A DNA stretch of 64,000 nucleotides from Tagaea sp. (GCA_965279525.1 CBDIIB010000005.1:1664001-1728000), one strand, 5' to 3'; numbered from the stretch's first letter, positions 11,006 to 20,102 are shown. A program made the numbers and translations. The notes: generated by a model not told the origin, from the letters alone.

Positions 11006-11545
11006 TCAGGCGCGCACCATCCGCACGTCCACCTCGCGCGCCACGTATTCCCACTCCTTCGTCGCGCGCAGCCGCACGAGCATCGCGTCGAATGCCGCTT
11101 CGTGCTCGGGTGCAAACTCGAACCACGTCACGAAGTCGAATGGCTCGCCGAGATCCCGGCCGTGATGCAGGCGCCGCGCGACGGCCGGCAGGTAATCCAT
11201 GCCGATGCGCGTGTGGTGCGAGGTCTCCTCGAAGATCGCGCGCCGCTCGTCTTGCGCCAGCGCCCACCATTCCGGTGTCTTGGAGAGCGGGATCATCGCG
11301 GCCAGCGTGGCTGATGGCCGGCCCAGCCCCTGCTGGACCGAGGCGAGTTCGCCGATCTCGGCGCGCGTGGCATAGCGCATGTTGCTGACCGCACCGCGCA
11401 GGCACCAGCGCGCGTCGGCGGGGCCGGGCGTGTCCGCCGTCACCGAGATGCGCGGGACGGCTTCAAGTGCCGGACCGCGGCACGCGTCGATGCGCGTGAC
11501 CTGCCATTCGCCGGAATTGCCGCCGGAGAAGCTGATGATCGCCAT
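11006..11545 (-). CDS. cld: Chlorite dismutase, short clade-2 type
   Basis: IPLSKTPEWWAL..DERR, HTRIGMDYLPAVARRLHHGRDLGEPFDFVTWFEF, LRATKEWEYVARE. Confidence 0.85.
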   Translation of the reverse strand: MAIISFSGGNSGEWQVTRIDACRGPALEAVPRISVTADTPGPADARWCLRGAVSNMRYATRAEIGELASVQQGLGRPSATLAAMIPLSKTPEWWALAQDERRAIFEETSHHTRIGMDYLPAVARRLHHGRDLGEPFDFVTWFEFAPEHEAAFDAMLVRLRATKEWEYVAREVDVRMVRA

Positions 11546-11588
11546 GGGCAATTGCCCAGCAAAGCGCGTGCCTCAAGGCTAAGAATCC

Positions 11589-11780
11589 TTGACTCCGCAT
11601 CCACCCGGATATAATCTCCGGTGGCTGGACGCGCTCTTTGACAAGTGAAGATTGACGACATGTGACGTTGAAAAATCCCGTCGCCTGTCAACAGGTCGCC
11701 GGATTTTCCATCGATGTCAGATGCTTGCCGTGTTGACGCAAAGTTTCGTCAACTTTACCGACAAGCATAAAATTCGGTAA
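11589..11780. ncRNA. Candidate structured non-coding RNA / cis-regulatory element
   Basis: TTGACT-15 nt-TATAAT (11589-11615), boxA-like GCTCTTTGACAA, two long hairpins (about 11656-11718 and 11721-11768). Confidence 0.45.
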
Positions 11781-11784
11781 TGGC

Positions 11785-13017
11785 TCAGGCGATCTTGCGG
11801 TTGGGATCGCGCAGCATGCTGTCGATGTGGAAGCCCTGGAACAGCCGCACGCCGGTGGCCTGGCCCAGTTCCAGCGCTTCGGCCGTCTCGCAGTGGGCCA
11901 TGATCAGGCGGCCGGCTTCGGCGGCGGCGACCCGCTCGCCCACGCCCGCCTCGCGCCATTCGTTCGGGCGCTCGGGGCGGAACAGCACCTTGATGAAATC
12001 GGCCCCCATCTCGGGGCGCGCGAACATCGGCAGCACGTCGAGCGTGATGCCGTCGAGCAGCACGCGGTAGCCGGCGTTGCGCAGGAACTCGCACGCGGTC
12101 AGGTATTCCGCGTAGTCCCAGAACACGTCGAAGCGCGGGATCTCGATGATGATCTGCGCCTTCGGGATGAAGTTGGCGATGCGCGTGTCGAACTCGCGGA
12201 AGCTCGCACTCATGATCGTCTGGATGTTGAGGTTGATCGACACGTTGCCGGACTGGCGCGTGACGAAACCGTCGAACATCGCGCGCAGCACGCGCGTGTC
12301 CATCGTGCGGGTGAGCTGCTGGAACAGCGGCTTCACCATCTTGAGGTCGTTGCGCGGCGCGACCATCTGGCGCAGTTCCGAAACGCCGACGAACACCTCG
12401 CGGAAGAACACGCGCATCTGCTCGCCCGGGGCGACCGCACAGCACATCTGGCTCTTGAGGAAGCCGGTGATGTCGGCCTTGCGCAGCAGGTCCTCGAGCT
12501 TGGCGAGCGAGGCGGGCGTGAGCGGCTGGCCCTGCGCCGTCGTCATCGCCGTGCCCGCCTTGTTCAGCAGGCGCGAGCGGCGTTCCTGGAACGAGCGGTA
12601 GTCGTCGGCGATCTTGCCGACGATGCCCTCGAAATCCGCGAAGCTGTCCTTGAAGGCGAAGAGCTCGTAGGCGTCCTGCGCCTGGCCTTCCTCGAGACCG
12701 GCGGCCGAGGCGTGCTGGCGCAGGATCGTCTTGAGGTCGGAGTCGAAATTCTCGAGATGGTAGCGGTGGTCGCGGCGGAACAGCAGCACGATGTTGTAGT
12801 TGTGCATCGCGAACACGCCGCTGTCCGACGTGCCCAGAAGCTGGCGCAGGGCCTGGATGATCTGCTGGAAATTCTCGCGCCGGCGGCTGAACCACGCCGG
12901 CGAGTTCATGGCCACGATCACGCCATAGCGGAACTGGATGTCCTCGGATTTCTTGACCCGGGCCAGTTCGGCTAGGAGTGCATCCTCGTCGCTTGCTTCT
13001 GTGGCCTTGCTGTCCAT
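11785..13017 (-). CDS. Degenerate EAL-like domain protein
   Basis: C-terminal SINLN, IIIEI, LLDG, DFIKV, LFQGF follow the EAL barrel pattern, but EAL and DDFG are replaced; start taken at MDSKATE. Confidence 0.72.
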   Translation of the reverse strand: MDSKATEASDEDALLAELARVKKSEDIQFRYGVIVAMNSPAWFSRRRENFQQIIQALRQLLGTSDSGVFAMHNYNIVLLFRRDHRYHLENFDSDLKTILRQHASAAGLEEGQAQDAYELFAFKDSFADFEGIVGKIADDYRSFQERRSRLLNKAGTAMTTAQGQPLTPASLAKLEDLLRKADITGFLKSQMCCAVAPGEQMRVFFREVFVGVSELRQMVAPRNDLKMVKPLFQQLTRTMDTRVLRAMFDGFVTRQSGNVSINLNIQTIMSASFREFDTRIANFIPKAQIIIEIPRFDVFWDYAEYLTACEFLRNAGYRVLLDGITLDVLPMFARPEMGADFIKVLFRPERPNEWREAGVGERVAAAEAGRLIMAHCETAEALELGQATGVRLFQGFHIDSMLRDPNRKIA

Positions 13018-13081
13018 TTTCCGTCGTGTATTTCGTGAATTCTGCGGGCCCGAGTCGCGGCGTGGGCGCCGGTCGGCAACT

Positions 13082-14287
13082 CTATCCGGCGGGGCGGGCG
13101 GGTTCAACTCGCCGTGCCCAGGCCACGTCGCGGCCGGCGGGCGGGGCGGGGGGCTTGGTCCGCCAGCGTGTCAGCACGTCGACCGCCTCGGGCAGGCCGA
13201 CGCGGTCGAACATCGCCACCGCCTCCAGCGGCGGGCCCTGGTCGACGCCGTCGGTCGCCGGCATCAGGCGGCCTTCGCTCGCCGAAGTGCGCTTGATCAG
13301 GTGGGCGAGTGCCAGATAGTGCGCGCGCTCCATGCCCAGTGCCTTGGCCGCGACCGCGAGTGCCCGGCCATCGGCCTGGTAGAGGATGCGCCGGCCGACC
13401 TTCATCGGCAGTTCGGCGAAGCGCGCGAACAGCGCTTCGAAGAGCGAGACATGGCCCTGGCGCAGCGTGCGCACGAGGATGGCCGGATCGTTGAGGCGCT
13501 CGGCGCGGATCGTGTCGGCGAGCCGGTCGGCCGACGAACCCCAGTCCATCGCCGCACCGTGGTCGGCGGCGGCGTTCTGGGCGGCGTCGTCGACGGCCCA
13601 GTCCACTTCGCCGGCCCAGGCCTGCGCCCAGTTGGCGCTGTTGGGATCGAAGGCGTAGCGGTCGCGGATCTGGCGCTTGAGGTCGGCGGCAACCCAGCCA
13701 TAGAGGCGTGCGGCGATGTCGCCGGGCAGGTCCTCGCGCGCGACGAGCGGGCGCTGCAGGTGTTCGCGCTCGCGCGACAGGTCGGAAAGATAGGCGAACG
13801 TGGCCTCGGCGATGCTTGCCGATCGGTTGGCGAGTAGTTCTTCCATCACGTCGGCTTCGCCCGTCTCGACGAGGGCGGCCGAAACGGCGGCACTCACGTC
13901 CGAGCGGTTGGCGATCGCCAGACGGTGCGCCTGGCCGCGCTGGCGGATGATCTCGATGAGGTCGGAATCGGCGAGGGCGGCACTCATCGTCAGCAGCGGG
14001 CGCGCGATCGAGATCTCGTCGTTGGCGAGGGCCAGCACCAGTTCGCGCGGGGCGTCGGGCGTTTCGGCGAGCCGTTCGGCGAGCCGCCGGCGGATCTCGG
14101 CCTCGGTCTCCTTGATCAGCTTGCGCACGATGTCGGCGGCGATCTCGAACTCGCCGCGGTCGAGGGCGGCGGGCTGGTCGGCGAGGATCTCGCCCAGCTG
14201 GTTGCCGATCGCCGCACGCGCGGTTCCGCGGCTCGTCTGGGCGACCTCGAGCAGCGCTTCGATCTTCGACTGGATGGTTTTGGGCAT
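13082..14287 (-). CDS. DUF2336 domain-containing protein
   Basis: RRRLAERLA..PDAPRELVLALANDEISIARPLL..S.AL.DSDLIEII, HRLAIANR, LLANRSA, LQRPLVAREDLP. Confidence 0.88.
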   Translation of the reverse strand: MPKTIQSKIEALLEVAQTSRGTARAAIGNQLGEILADQPAALDRGEFEIAADIVRKLIKETEAEIRRRLAERLAETPDAPRELVLALANDEISIARPLLTMSAALADSDLIEIIRQRGQAHRLAIANRSDVSAAVSAALVETGEADVMEELLANRSASIAEATFAYLSDLSREREHLQRPLVAREDLPGDIAARLYGWVAADLKRQIRDRYAFDPNSANWAQAWAGEVDWAVDDAAQNAAADHGAAMDWGSSADRLADTIRAERLNDPAILVRTLRQGHVSLFEALFARFAELPMKVGRRILYQADGRALAVAAKALGMERAHYLALAHLIKRTSASEGRLMPATDGVDQGPPLEAVAMFDRVGLPEAVDVLTRWRTKPPAPPAGRDVAWARRVEPARPAG

Positions 14288-14405
14288 CGTCCGCCACGTT
14301 ATGCGAGCGGGAGACTCGCGGGCAAGCGATAGCCGGACCCCGATGAGGCGTTCGCGACTAATTCGCACTTGCGGCCCGTTCGGTTTCGGGCTAATTTCCG
14401 AAAAC

Positions 14406-14431
14406 GATATTGCAAGTCATTCTCAATTATC
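14406..14431 (+). promoter_or_regulatory. Fur/iron-responsive box
   Basis: GATATTGCAAGTCATTCTCAATTATC, core TTGCAAGTCATTCTCAA imperfect palindrome, 20-45 nt upstream of an Fe3+-binding protein gene. Confidence 0.75.
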
Positions 14432-14450
14432 AGTGTCCGAGGAGCCTCCC

Positions 14451-15512
14451 ATGCGTTCGATCAGCCGCCGCAACCTGCTTCGTGGGACCGCCGCCGTCGC
14501 CGGCCTGGCCACGTTCGCCTTTGCCCCCCGCCGCGCCGATGCGCAGGCCGCGGCAGGTGTGGTGAATCTCTACACCGCCCGCCACTACGACACCGACGAG
14601 ACGATCTACACGAACTTCACCAGGGCCACCGGCATCCGCGTCAACCGGATCGAGGCCGAGGCCGACAAGCTGATGGAACGCATGCGCGCCGAGGGCGCCA
14701 ACAGCCCGGCCGACATCTTCGTCGCCGTCGACGCGGGCCGCATCTGGCGCGCGCACGAGGCGGGCCTGCTGCAGCCTGTGCGCTCGTCGGTGCTGGAATC
14801 CGCTATACCGGCCAACTACCGCGAGCCGGCCGGCCACTGGTTCGGCCTGTCCAAGCGCGCGCGCGTGCTCGTCTACGACAAGGCCAAGGTCAAGCCGTCG
14901 GACATCCCGAGCTATGCCTCGCTCGCGGACCCGAAATGGAAGGGCAAGATCGCGGTGCGCTCGTCGACCAACGTCTACAACCAGTCGCTCGTGGGCGCCA
15001 TGATCGCGGCCAACGGCGAGGGTCCGACGGAAGCATGGGCGCGGGCACTGGTCGCGAACTTCGCGCGTCCGCCGCGCGGCGGCGACACCGACCAGATCAA
15101 GGCGGTCGCCGCGGGCGAAGCCGAGATCTCGATCAACAACCACTACTACTACGCCAACCTCGTCGCCTCGAAGAAGCCCGACGACCAGGCCATCATCGAG
15201 AAGACCGGCATCCTGTTCCCCGACCAGGGGCCGGGCCAGCGCGGCACGCACATGAACATCGCCGGTGCGGGCATCGCGCGCCATTCGCCCAACAAGGCGA
15301 ACGCGATCCGGTTCCTCGAATATCTCGTGACGCCGGAAGCCCAGTCGGTCTTCGCCGAAGGCAACAACGAGTTCCCGGTCGTGCGCGGCGCCAAGCTGTC
15401 GCCGATCGTCGCAGCGTGGGGCGAGTTCCGCGAGGACGACCTCAACGGCGCGGTCTTCGGGCGCAACAACGAGGCGGCCCTCAAGCTGATGGACCGCGCG
15501 GGCTGGCGCTGA
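14451..15512 (+). CDS. Fe(3+) ABC transporter substrate-binding protein (FbpA/FutA/SfuA family), Tat signal
   Basis: SRRNLL Tat motif, VNLYTARHY, EGANSPADI, SSTNVYNQSL, GGDTDQIKAV, NHYYY; GAGGAG SD. Confidence 0.93.
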   Translation: MRSISRRNLLRGTAAVAGLATFAFAPRRADAQAAAGVVNLYTARHYDTDETIYTNFTRATGIRVNRIEAEADKLMERMRAEGANSPADIFVAVDAGRIWRAHEAGLLQPVRSSVLESAIPANYREPAGHWFGLSKRARVLVYDKAKVKPSDIPSYASLADPKWKGKIAVRSSTNVYNQSLVGAMIAANGEGPTEAWARALVANFARPPRGGDTDQIKAVAAGEAEISINNHYYYANLVASKKPDDQAIIEKTGILFPDQGPGQRGTHMNIAGAGIARHSPNKANAIRFLEYLVTPEAQSVFAEGNNEFPVVRGAKLSPIVAAWGEFREDDLNGAVFGRNNEAALKLMDRAGWR

Positions 15513-15559
15513 AACACACCTGACGGGCGGGGGATTGCCGGGGTAGTCTCCCGCCCGTC

Positions 15560-16393
15560 ATGAACTACCGCCATGCGTTCCACGCCGGCGGCTTCGCCGA
15601 CGTGGCGAAGCACGTGGCCCTTGCACTGCTCGTCGAGCGCCTGCGCGACAAGCCCAAGCCCTTCTGCGTGCTCGACACGCATGCGGGGCTCGGCGAATAC
15701 GACCTGCTTGCCGACGCTGCCACGCGCACGGGCGAATGGCAGGACGGGATCGCGCGCATCTTCGAGCGCACCGACGCGCCTGACGCCATGTCGGCCTATC
15801 TGGGGGCCGTGCGCGCCCTCAATCCCGACGGCGGCTTGCGCTGGTATCCGGGCAGCCCGCGCCTCGTGCAGGGCCTGCTGCGCGCCGGCGACCGGCTTGT
15901 TGCCAACGAGCTGCATCCGGCAGACGCCGAGACGCTGCGCCGCACCTTCGCGCGCGAGGCCGGCGTCGAGATCGCCGAGGGCGACGGCTATGAAGCGATC
16001 AAGGCCAAGCTGCCGCCGCGCGAGCGGCGCGGACTCGTGTTCGTCGACCCGCCCTTTGAACGCAAGGACGAGTTCGAGGCCCTCGCGCGTGCGCTTCGGC
16101 AGGGCCATCGGCGCTTCGCCACCGGCACTTTCGTCGCATGGTACCCGGTCAAGGGCCGCGCTGCGGTCGATGCCTTCCTTGCCGGGATCGGCGACGGCCG
16201 CATCCGGCGTGTCGGCGTGGCGGAATTCATGCGCCATCCGGCCGACGACGAGAAGCGCCTGAACGGCAGCGGACTCGTGACGGTCAACGCGCCGTGGAAA
16301 TTCGAGGAACGCCTGCGCGAGGCATGGGAATGGACCGCCGCCGCCCTCGGTATCGAAGGCGGCGTGCGCATCGAAACGCTGGTCGGCGAATAG
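15560..16393 (+). CDS. rlmJ: 23S rRNA m6A2030 methyltransferase
   Basis: MNYRHAFHAGGFADVAKH, DTHAGLG, YPGSP, ELHP, VDPPFE, WYPVK. Confidence 0.95.
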   Translation: MNYRHAFHAGGFADVAKHVALALLVERLRDKPKPFCVLDTHAGLGEYDLLADAATRTGEWQDGIARIFERTDAPDAMSAYLGAVRALNPDGGLRWYPGSPRLVQGLLRAGDRLVANELHPADAETLRRTFAREAGVEIAEGDGYEAIKAKLPPRERRGLVFVDPPFERKDEFEALARALRQGHRRFATGTFVAWYPVKGRAAVDAFLAGIGDGRIRRVGVAEFMRHPADDEKRLNGSGLVTVNAPWKFEERLREAWEWTAAALGIEGGVRIETLVGE

Positions 16394-16396
16394 GGC

Positions 16397-17101
16397 CTAG
16401 GCCGGCGGGGCGCCGATCGGGCCGTTGAGTTCGACCGTGACCGCCTCGGGCCCCTTGCGGGCCGTGACGACCTTCATGCGCACCGGCTGGCCGGGCGCCA
16501 GGCTCTGGAGGCCGGCGTTGCGCAGAACGGTGATGTGGACGAACACGTCCTTGCCGCCGCCGTCGGGCTGGACGAAGCCGTAGCCCTTCAGCCCGGAGAA
16601 CCATTTGACGACGCCGTCCATGGACTCGGCATTGGAAAGATCGACCGGCGCCTGATAGCTGCTGACGCGATCCCCGCCGCCGCCGCCGCCCGCACCGCCC
16701 CAGCCACCGCGATCGCCGCCGCGGTCGCCACCGCCACCGCCCCAGCCGCTGCGGTCGCCGCCGCGATCTCCGCCACCGCCCCAACCGCTGCGATCTCCGC
16801 CGCCGCCGCGATCGCTGCCGCCGCGATCGCCGTAGGGGGCCCGCGGTGCACGCGGTGCCGAAGGCTGTGCCGTCGAATTGTCGACCTCGAGGACGCGCAG
16901 CACCTGCCGGCCTTTCGGGCTCGACCCGATCTCGACCGTGACGCTGGCACCCTCGCCGACCGATTCATGGCCTGCCTGCTTGAGAGCCGAGAGGTGGAGG
17001 AACGCTTCCGGCGAACCGTCGGACGGCGTTACGAACCCGAAACCCTTGGCGCTGTTGAACCACTTCACGGTGGCCCGCATCGTGCCGTCACCCGAAGGCA
17101 T
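16397..17101 (-). CDS. Tandem cold-shock domain protein with Gly/Arg-rich linker
   Basis: Two CSDs: VKWFNSAKGFGFV...AFLHLS and VKWFSGLKGYGFV...DVFVHIT; GAGGAC SD upstream. Confidence 0.92.
   Translation of the reverse strand: MPSGDGTMRATVKWFNSAKGFGFVTPSDGSPEAFLHLSALKQAGHESVGEGASVTVEIGSSPKGRQVLRVLEVDNSTAQPSAPRAPRAPYGDRGGSDRGGGGDRSGWGGGGDRGGDRSGWGGGGGDRGGDRGGWGGAGGGGGGDRVSSYQAPVDLSNAESMDGVVKWFSGLKGYGFVQPDGGGKDVFVHITVLRNAGLQSLAPGQPVRMKVVTARKGPEAVTVELNGPIGAPPA
16668..16832 (-). repeat. Low-complexity coding repeat (DRGG / DRSGW units)
   Basis: GDRGGSDRGGGGDRSGWGGGGDRGGDRSGWGGGGGDRGGDRGGWGGAGGGGGGDR. Confidence 0.85.
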
Positions 17102-17358
17102 ATTTCCGTCCTCGCCTTAGCGCGTCTCTTCGACGTCGTTTGTCCCTGACACCCCGCGCGCCGGTCGGCGCGTCGTCGCGTGGCAGGGGAACCGGATTGC
17201 GGGAGGGCTTCGGGCTTCGCGATGGCTTCTTCTTGCCAAAAGAAGCGTTGCGTAAATAACCAAGGCTTCCGCGCGCGGCACCCACCACGCAAGGTTAACT
17301 ATAACAAACTCCCAAACGACTCGCAAAGTGGGGAATCGGCGCGGGCACCCGCCCGCAT

Positions 17359-18459
17359 CTAAAGATGGCCGGCCGCCCAGTGCGCGAGGGCCGCCGGGTC
17401 GGCACCGCCGACGGCCGCACCGGCGATCCGTTCGCCGACGAGTGCACCGAACTTGAACCCGTGACCGCTGAACCCCGTCGCGACATAGGCGGCGGACCCC
17501 AGCTTCTCGACGATGAAACGCTCGTCGGCGACGGTGTCGTAGAAGCAGGATTTAGCGGCGCTGATCCGGTATTCGTCCAGCCGTGCCAGCCGCCGGGCGC
17601 AGACCGCGAGCAGTTCTTCGGCCGCCGCCGGATCGGCGTCGCGCGGTTCGTCGGGATCGCCGACATTGCTGAAGGTGTGGAACCCGACCTTCAGGCCGCG
17701 GCCCTGGCGCGGGGGCACCAGATAGAAGCTTCCCGACGCGGCCTTGTCGAGCAGCAGCGGCATGTCGCCCCAGATGTCCCGCCAGTCGGCGGGCGGATCG
17801 AGATAGATGATCGTCTGGCGCGACGGGGTCATCCGGGCGGCCATTGCCGGCACCAGCCGGTTCGTCCACGGACCGGCGCACACGACAAGGGCATCGCCCG
17901 ACAGCCGACGGCCGTCCGCCAGCGTCACGGCCGCGCGCTCAGGGTCGATGTCGCGCACCGGCGCGTTCGCGTGCAGCGTTGCACCGTGCGCGCGCAGCCA
18001 GCCGGCGAGTGCCGCAACGATGTCGCCCGCGAACAGCGTGCCGCCGCTATCGGCTTCCAGAACGTCGGCAAAGCCGTCCGGGATCAGCGCCGGATAGCGC
18101 CGGGCGAGGTCGGTCGGACGGGTGTGCGCCACGCCGCACTTGTCCATGGCGGCGCGGCTCGCCGCGATCCAGCCGTTGGTGTCGTCCTCGAACATCAGCG
18201 AGCCGCTCGGCGCATAGAGCGTGCGGCCGAGATCGGCCCACAGACGGTCCCATGCGCCATAGGCATCGGCGACCATGCGCGTGTAGCCGACCTGCGCGCC
18301 GTAGGGATAGCGGATCAGCCGGTGCTGGTCGACCGACGAGCCGATCGGATTGGGGATCGCCGCCTGCTCGACGATCTCGACGTGCGCGCCGCGCTTGACG
18401 GCCGACCACGCGGTCGAAAGCCCGAAGATCCCGGCGCCAACGATCAGAAGCTTCGTCAT
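17359..18459 (-). CDS. FAD-dependent oxidoreductase, sarcosine oxidase/SolA-like
   Basis: IVGAGIFG Rossmann motif, GSSVDQHRLIR, CFYD, GFSGHGFKFG. Confidence 0.88.
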   Translation of the reverse strand: MTKLLIVGAGIFGLSTAWSAVKRGAHVEIVEQAAIPNPIGSSVDQHRLIRYPYGAQVGYTRMVADAYGAWDRLWADLGRTLYAPSGSLMFEDDTNGWIAASRAAMDKCGVAHTRPTDLARRYPALIPDGFADVLEADSGGTLFAGDIVAALAGWLRAHGATLHANAPVRDIDPERAAVTLADGRRLSGDALVVCAGPWTNRLVPAMAARMTPSRQTIIYLDPPADWRDIWGDMPLLLDKAASGSFYLVPPRQGRGLKVGFHTFSNVGDPDEPRDADPAAAEELLAVCARRLARLDEYRISAAKSCFYDTVADERFIVEKLGSAAYVATGFSGHGFKFGALVGERIAGAAVGGADPAALAHWAAGHL

Positions 18460-19421
18460 TTGCGGCTCGCTTCATACACGAGTTCGGCGGCGGCGAGATC
18501 CTCGAGTGCGGTGCCCACCGACTTGAACAGCGTGATCTGGTTGTGGAACGAGCGGCCGGCGGCACGCCCTTGGGTGAGGTCGGCAAGATCGCCGGCGATC
18601 TGCTTTTCCAGAAGCGTGCCGTTGGCCATCGGCTGCACGATGTCGCCCGCTTCCTTGAGCGCGCCGCTCCAGGTGTCGACATAGACGCGCGATCGCGCGA
18701 TCGCCTCGTCGTCGGCCTCGCGCATCTGCGGCGTGAAGCCGCCGACCAGATCGACATGCTGGCCGGGCCGCAGCCACGCGCCTTGCACCAGCGGTTCCTT
18801 GGCAAGCGTGGCGCAGCTGATCGTGTCGGCCCAGGCGACGGCCTCGGAAAGGTCGGTCATCGCGCGCGCCTTCAGGCGCCGTCCGTCGAAGTTGGCCGCA
18901 AGCGTCTGCGCCTTTTTCGCATCGCGGCCCCACACGACGAGTTCGCGGATCGGCCGCACGCTCGCGTGCGCGAGGATCAGATGCGGGGCGAGCGAACCTG
19001 TCCCCACCATCAGCAGTTTTTCGGAATCCGGGCGCGAGAGATATTTCGCCGCCAGGGCCGAGGCCGCCGCGGTGCGCTTCAGCGTCAGCATGTGCCCGTC
19101 GATCATCGCGAGCGGCGTGCCGTTGCGCGCGGACATCAGGATGTAGCTCGCCATCACCGCGGGCAGGCCCTGCTCGCCGTTCGACGGAAAGACCGTGACG
19201 ATCTTGACGCCGCAGTACCGGCCCGCCTGCCAGGCCGGCATCAGCAGCAGCGAGGCCGGCTGGGCATCGGGCACGTCCATCGCGTGGCGGTGGCGCAGCG
19301 GAACTTCGGCACCCTTGCGGAAGGCGTTGCGCAGAGCTTCGACCAAAGCACCCGCTTCGAGGATGCTCTCGACGTCGCTGGCACCGATCACGCGAATTCC
19401 GCCGCCGTGCATGCCGCGCAT
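18456..19421 (-). CDS. Ornithine cyclodeaminase / mu-crystallin family protein
   Basis: LLLMPAW, GVKIVTVFP.N, LTLKRTAAASALAA, LFKSVGTALEDL; start may be 19412. Confidence 0.92.
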   Translation of the reverse strand: MRGMHGGGIRVIGASDVESILEAGALVEALRNAFRKGAEVPLRHRHAMDVPDAQPASLLLMPAWQAGRYCGVKIVTVFPSNGEQGLPAVMASYILMSARNGTPLAMIDGHMLTLKRTAAASALAAKYLSRPDSEKLLMVGTGSLAPHLILAHASVRPIRELVVWGRDAKKAQTLAANFDGRRLKARAMTDLSEAVAWADTISCATLAKEPLVQGAWLRPGQHVDLVGGFTPQMREADDEAIARSRVYVDTWSGALKEAGDIVQPMANGTLLEKQIAGDLADLTQGRAAGRSFHNQITLFKSVGTALEDLAAAELVYEASRK

Positions 19422-19432
19422 CGCCGGTGGCC

Positions 19433-19765
19433 CTAGATCGGCGGGCCCGGCGGCAGCGCCGGAGACGTGGACGGCAGGGACCTGCTTTCGGCGGCCTTCA
19501 CGCTTTCAAGTTCGCGCGCCAGTCCATCGGCCCGCCTTGTGGCTTCGCGCGCACGCTTGCGCGTGCGGCCCTGCGCCAGCCAGGCGATCCCGGCCCCCAT
19601 GCCGAAGCCGATATAGAGTGCGCCCACCAGGGCCACGAAGACCGGCATCTCGAAGGCGGGGCCGACAGGCCAGAAATCGACGCGCACGTCGCCGCGATTG
19701 CCGAGCGCGAACAGGCCCGCCAGGGCCGCGAGCAGGCCGGCGAAGATCCAGTAGACGACGCGCAC
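19433..19765 (-). CDS. lapA: Lipopolysaccharide assembly protein LapA family
   Basis: Two TM helices with FALGNR..V.VDFWP and a basic coiled tail; conserved position after ihfB. Confidence 0.8.
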   Translation of the reverse strand: MRVVYWIFAGLLAALAGLFALGNRGDVRVDFWPVGPAFEMPVFVALVGALYIGFGMGAGIAWLAQGRTRKRAREATRRADGLARELESVKAAESRSLPSTSPALPPGPPI

Positions 19766-19775
19766 CGGCCCGGCC

Positions 19776-20072
19776 TCAGCCGGACTTGCCGCCGTCGTCG
19801 TTCAGCTTTTCGCGAAGTTCCTTGCCCGTCTTGAAGAACGGGATGAATTTTTCCGTAACGTCGACCGCCGCACCCGTGCGCGGGTTGCGGCCGGTGCGCG
19901 CACCCCGGCGCTTGACCGAGAAAGCGCCGAAACCACGCAGTTCGACGCGATGGCCGCGCGCGAGTGCGGCGGTGATCTCGTCGAACACGGTGGTGACGAT
20001 ACGTTCCACGTCGCGCTGGTAAAGATGCGGGTTGAGTTCGGCCAGCCGCAATATGAGTTCGGACTTGGTCAT
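19776..20072 (-). CDS. ihfB: Integration host factor subunit beta
   Basis: [37 protein letters not shown]. Confidence 0.97.
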   Translation of the reverse strand: MTKSELILRLAELNPHLYQRDVERIVTTVFDEITAALARGHRVELRGFGAFSVKRRGARTGRNPRTGAAVDVTEKFIPFFKTGKELREKLNDDGGKSG

Positions 20073-20102
20073 CGGCCAAACACCCCTAGCGCTTGGAAAT
20101 CG

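Noticed and set aside
11632-11650. boxA-like motif as the start of an rRNA operon
   Set aside because: No 16S/23S/5S sequence follows; kept only as part of the sRNA candidate
16668-16832. Short tandem repeats as a CRISPR or VNTR locus
   Set aside because: In-frame Gly/Arg/Asp codon repeats inside a CDS; no repeat-spacer pattern and no cas genes
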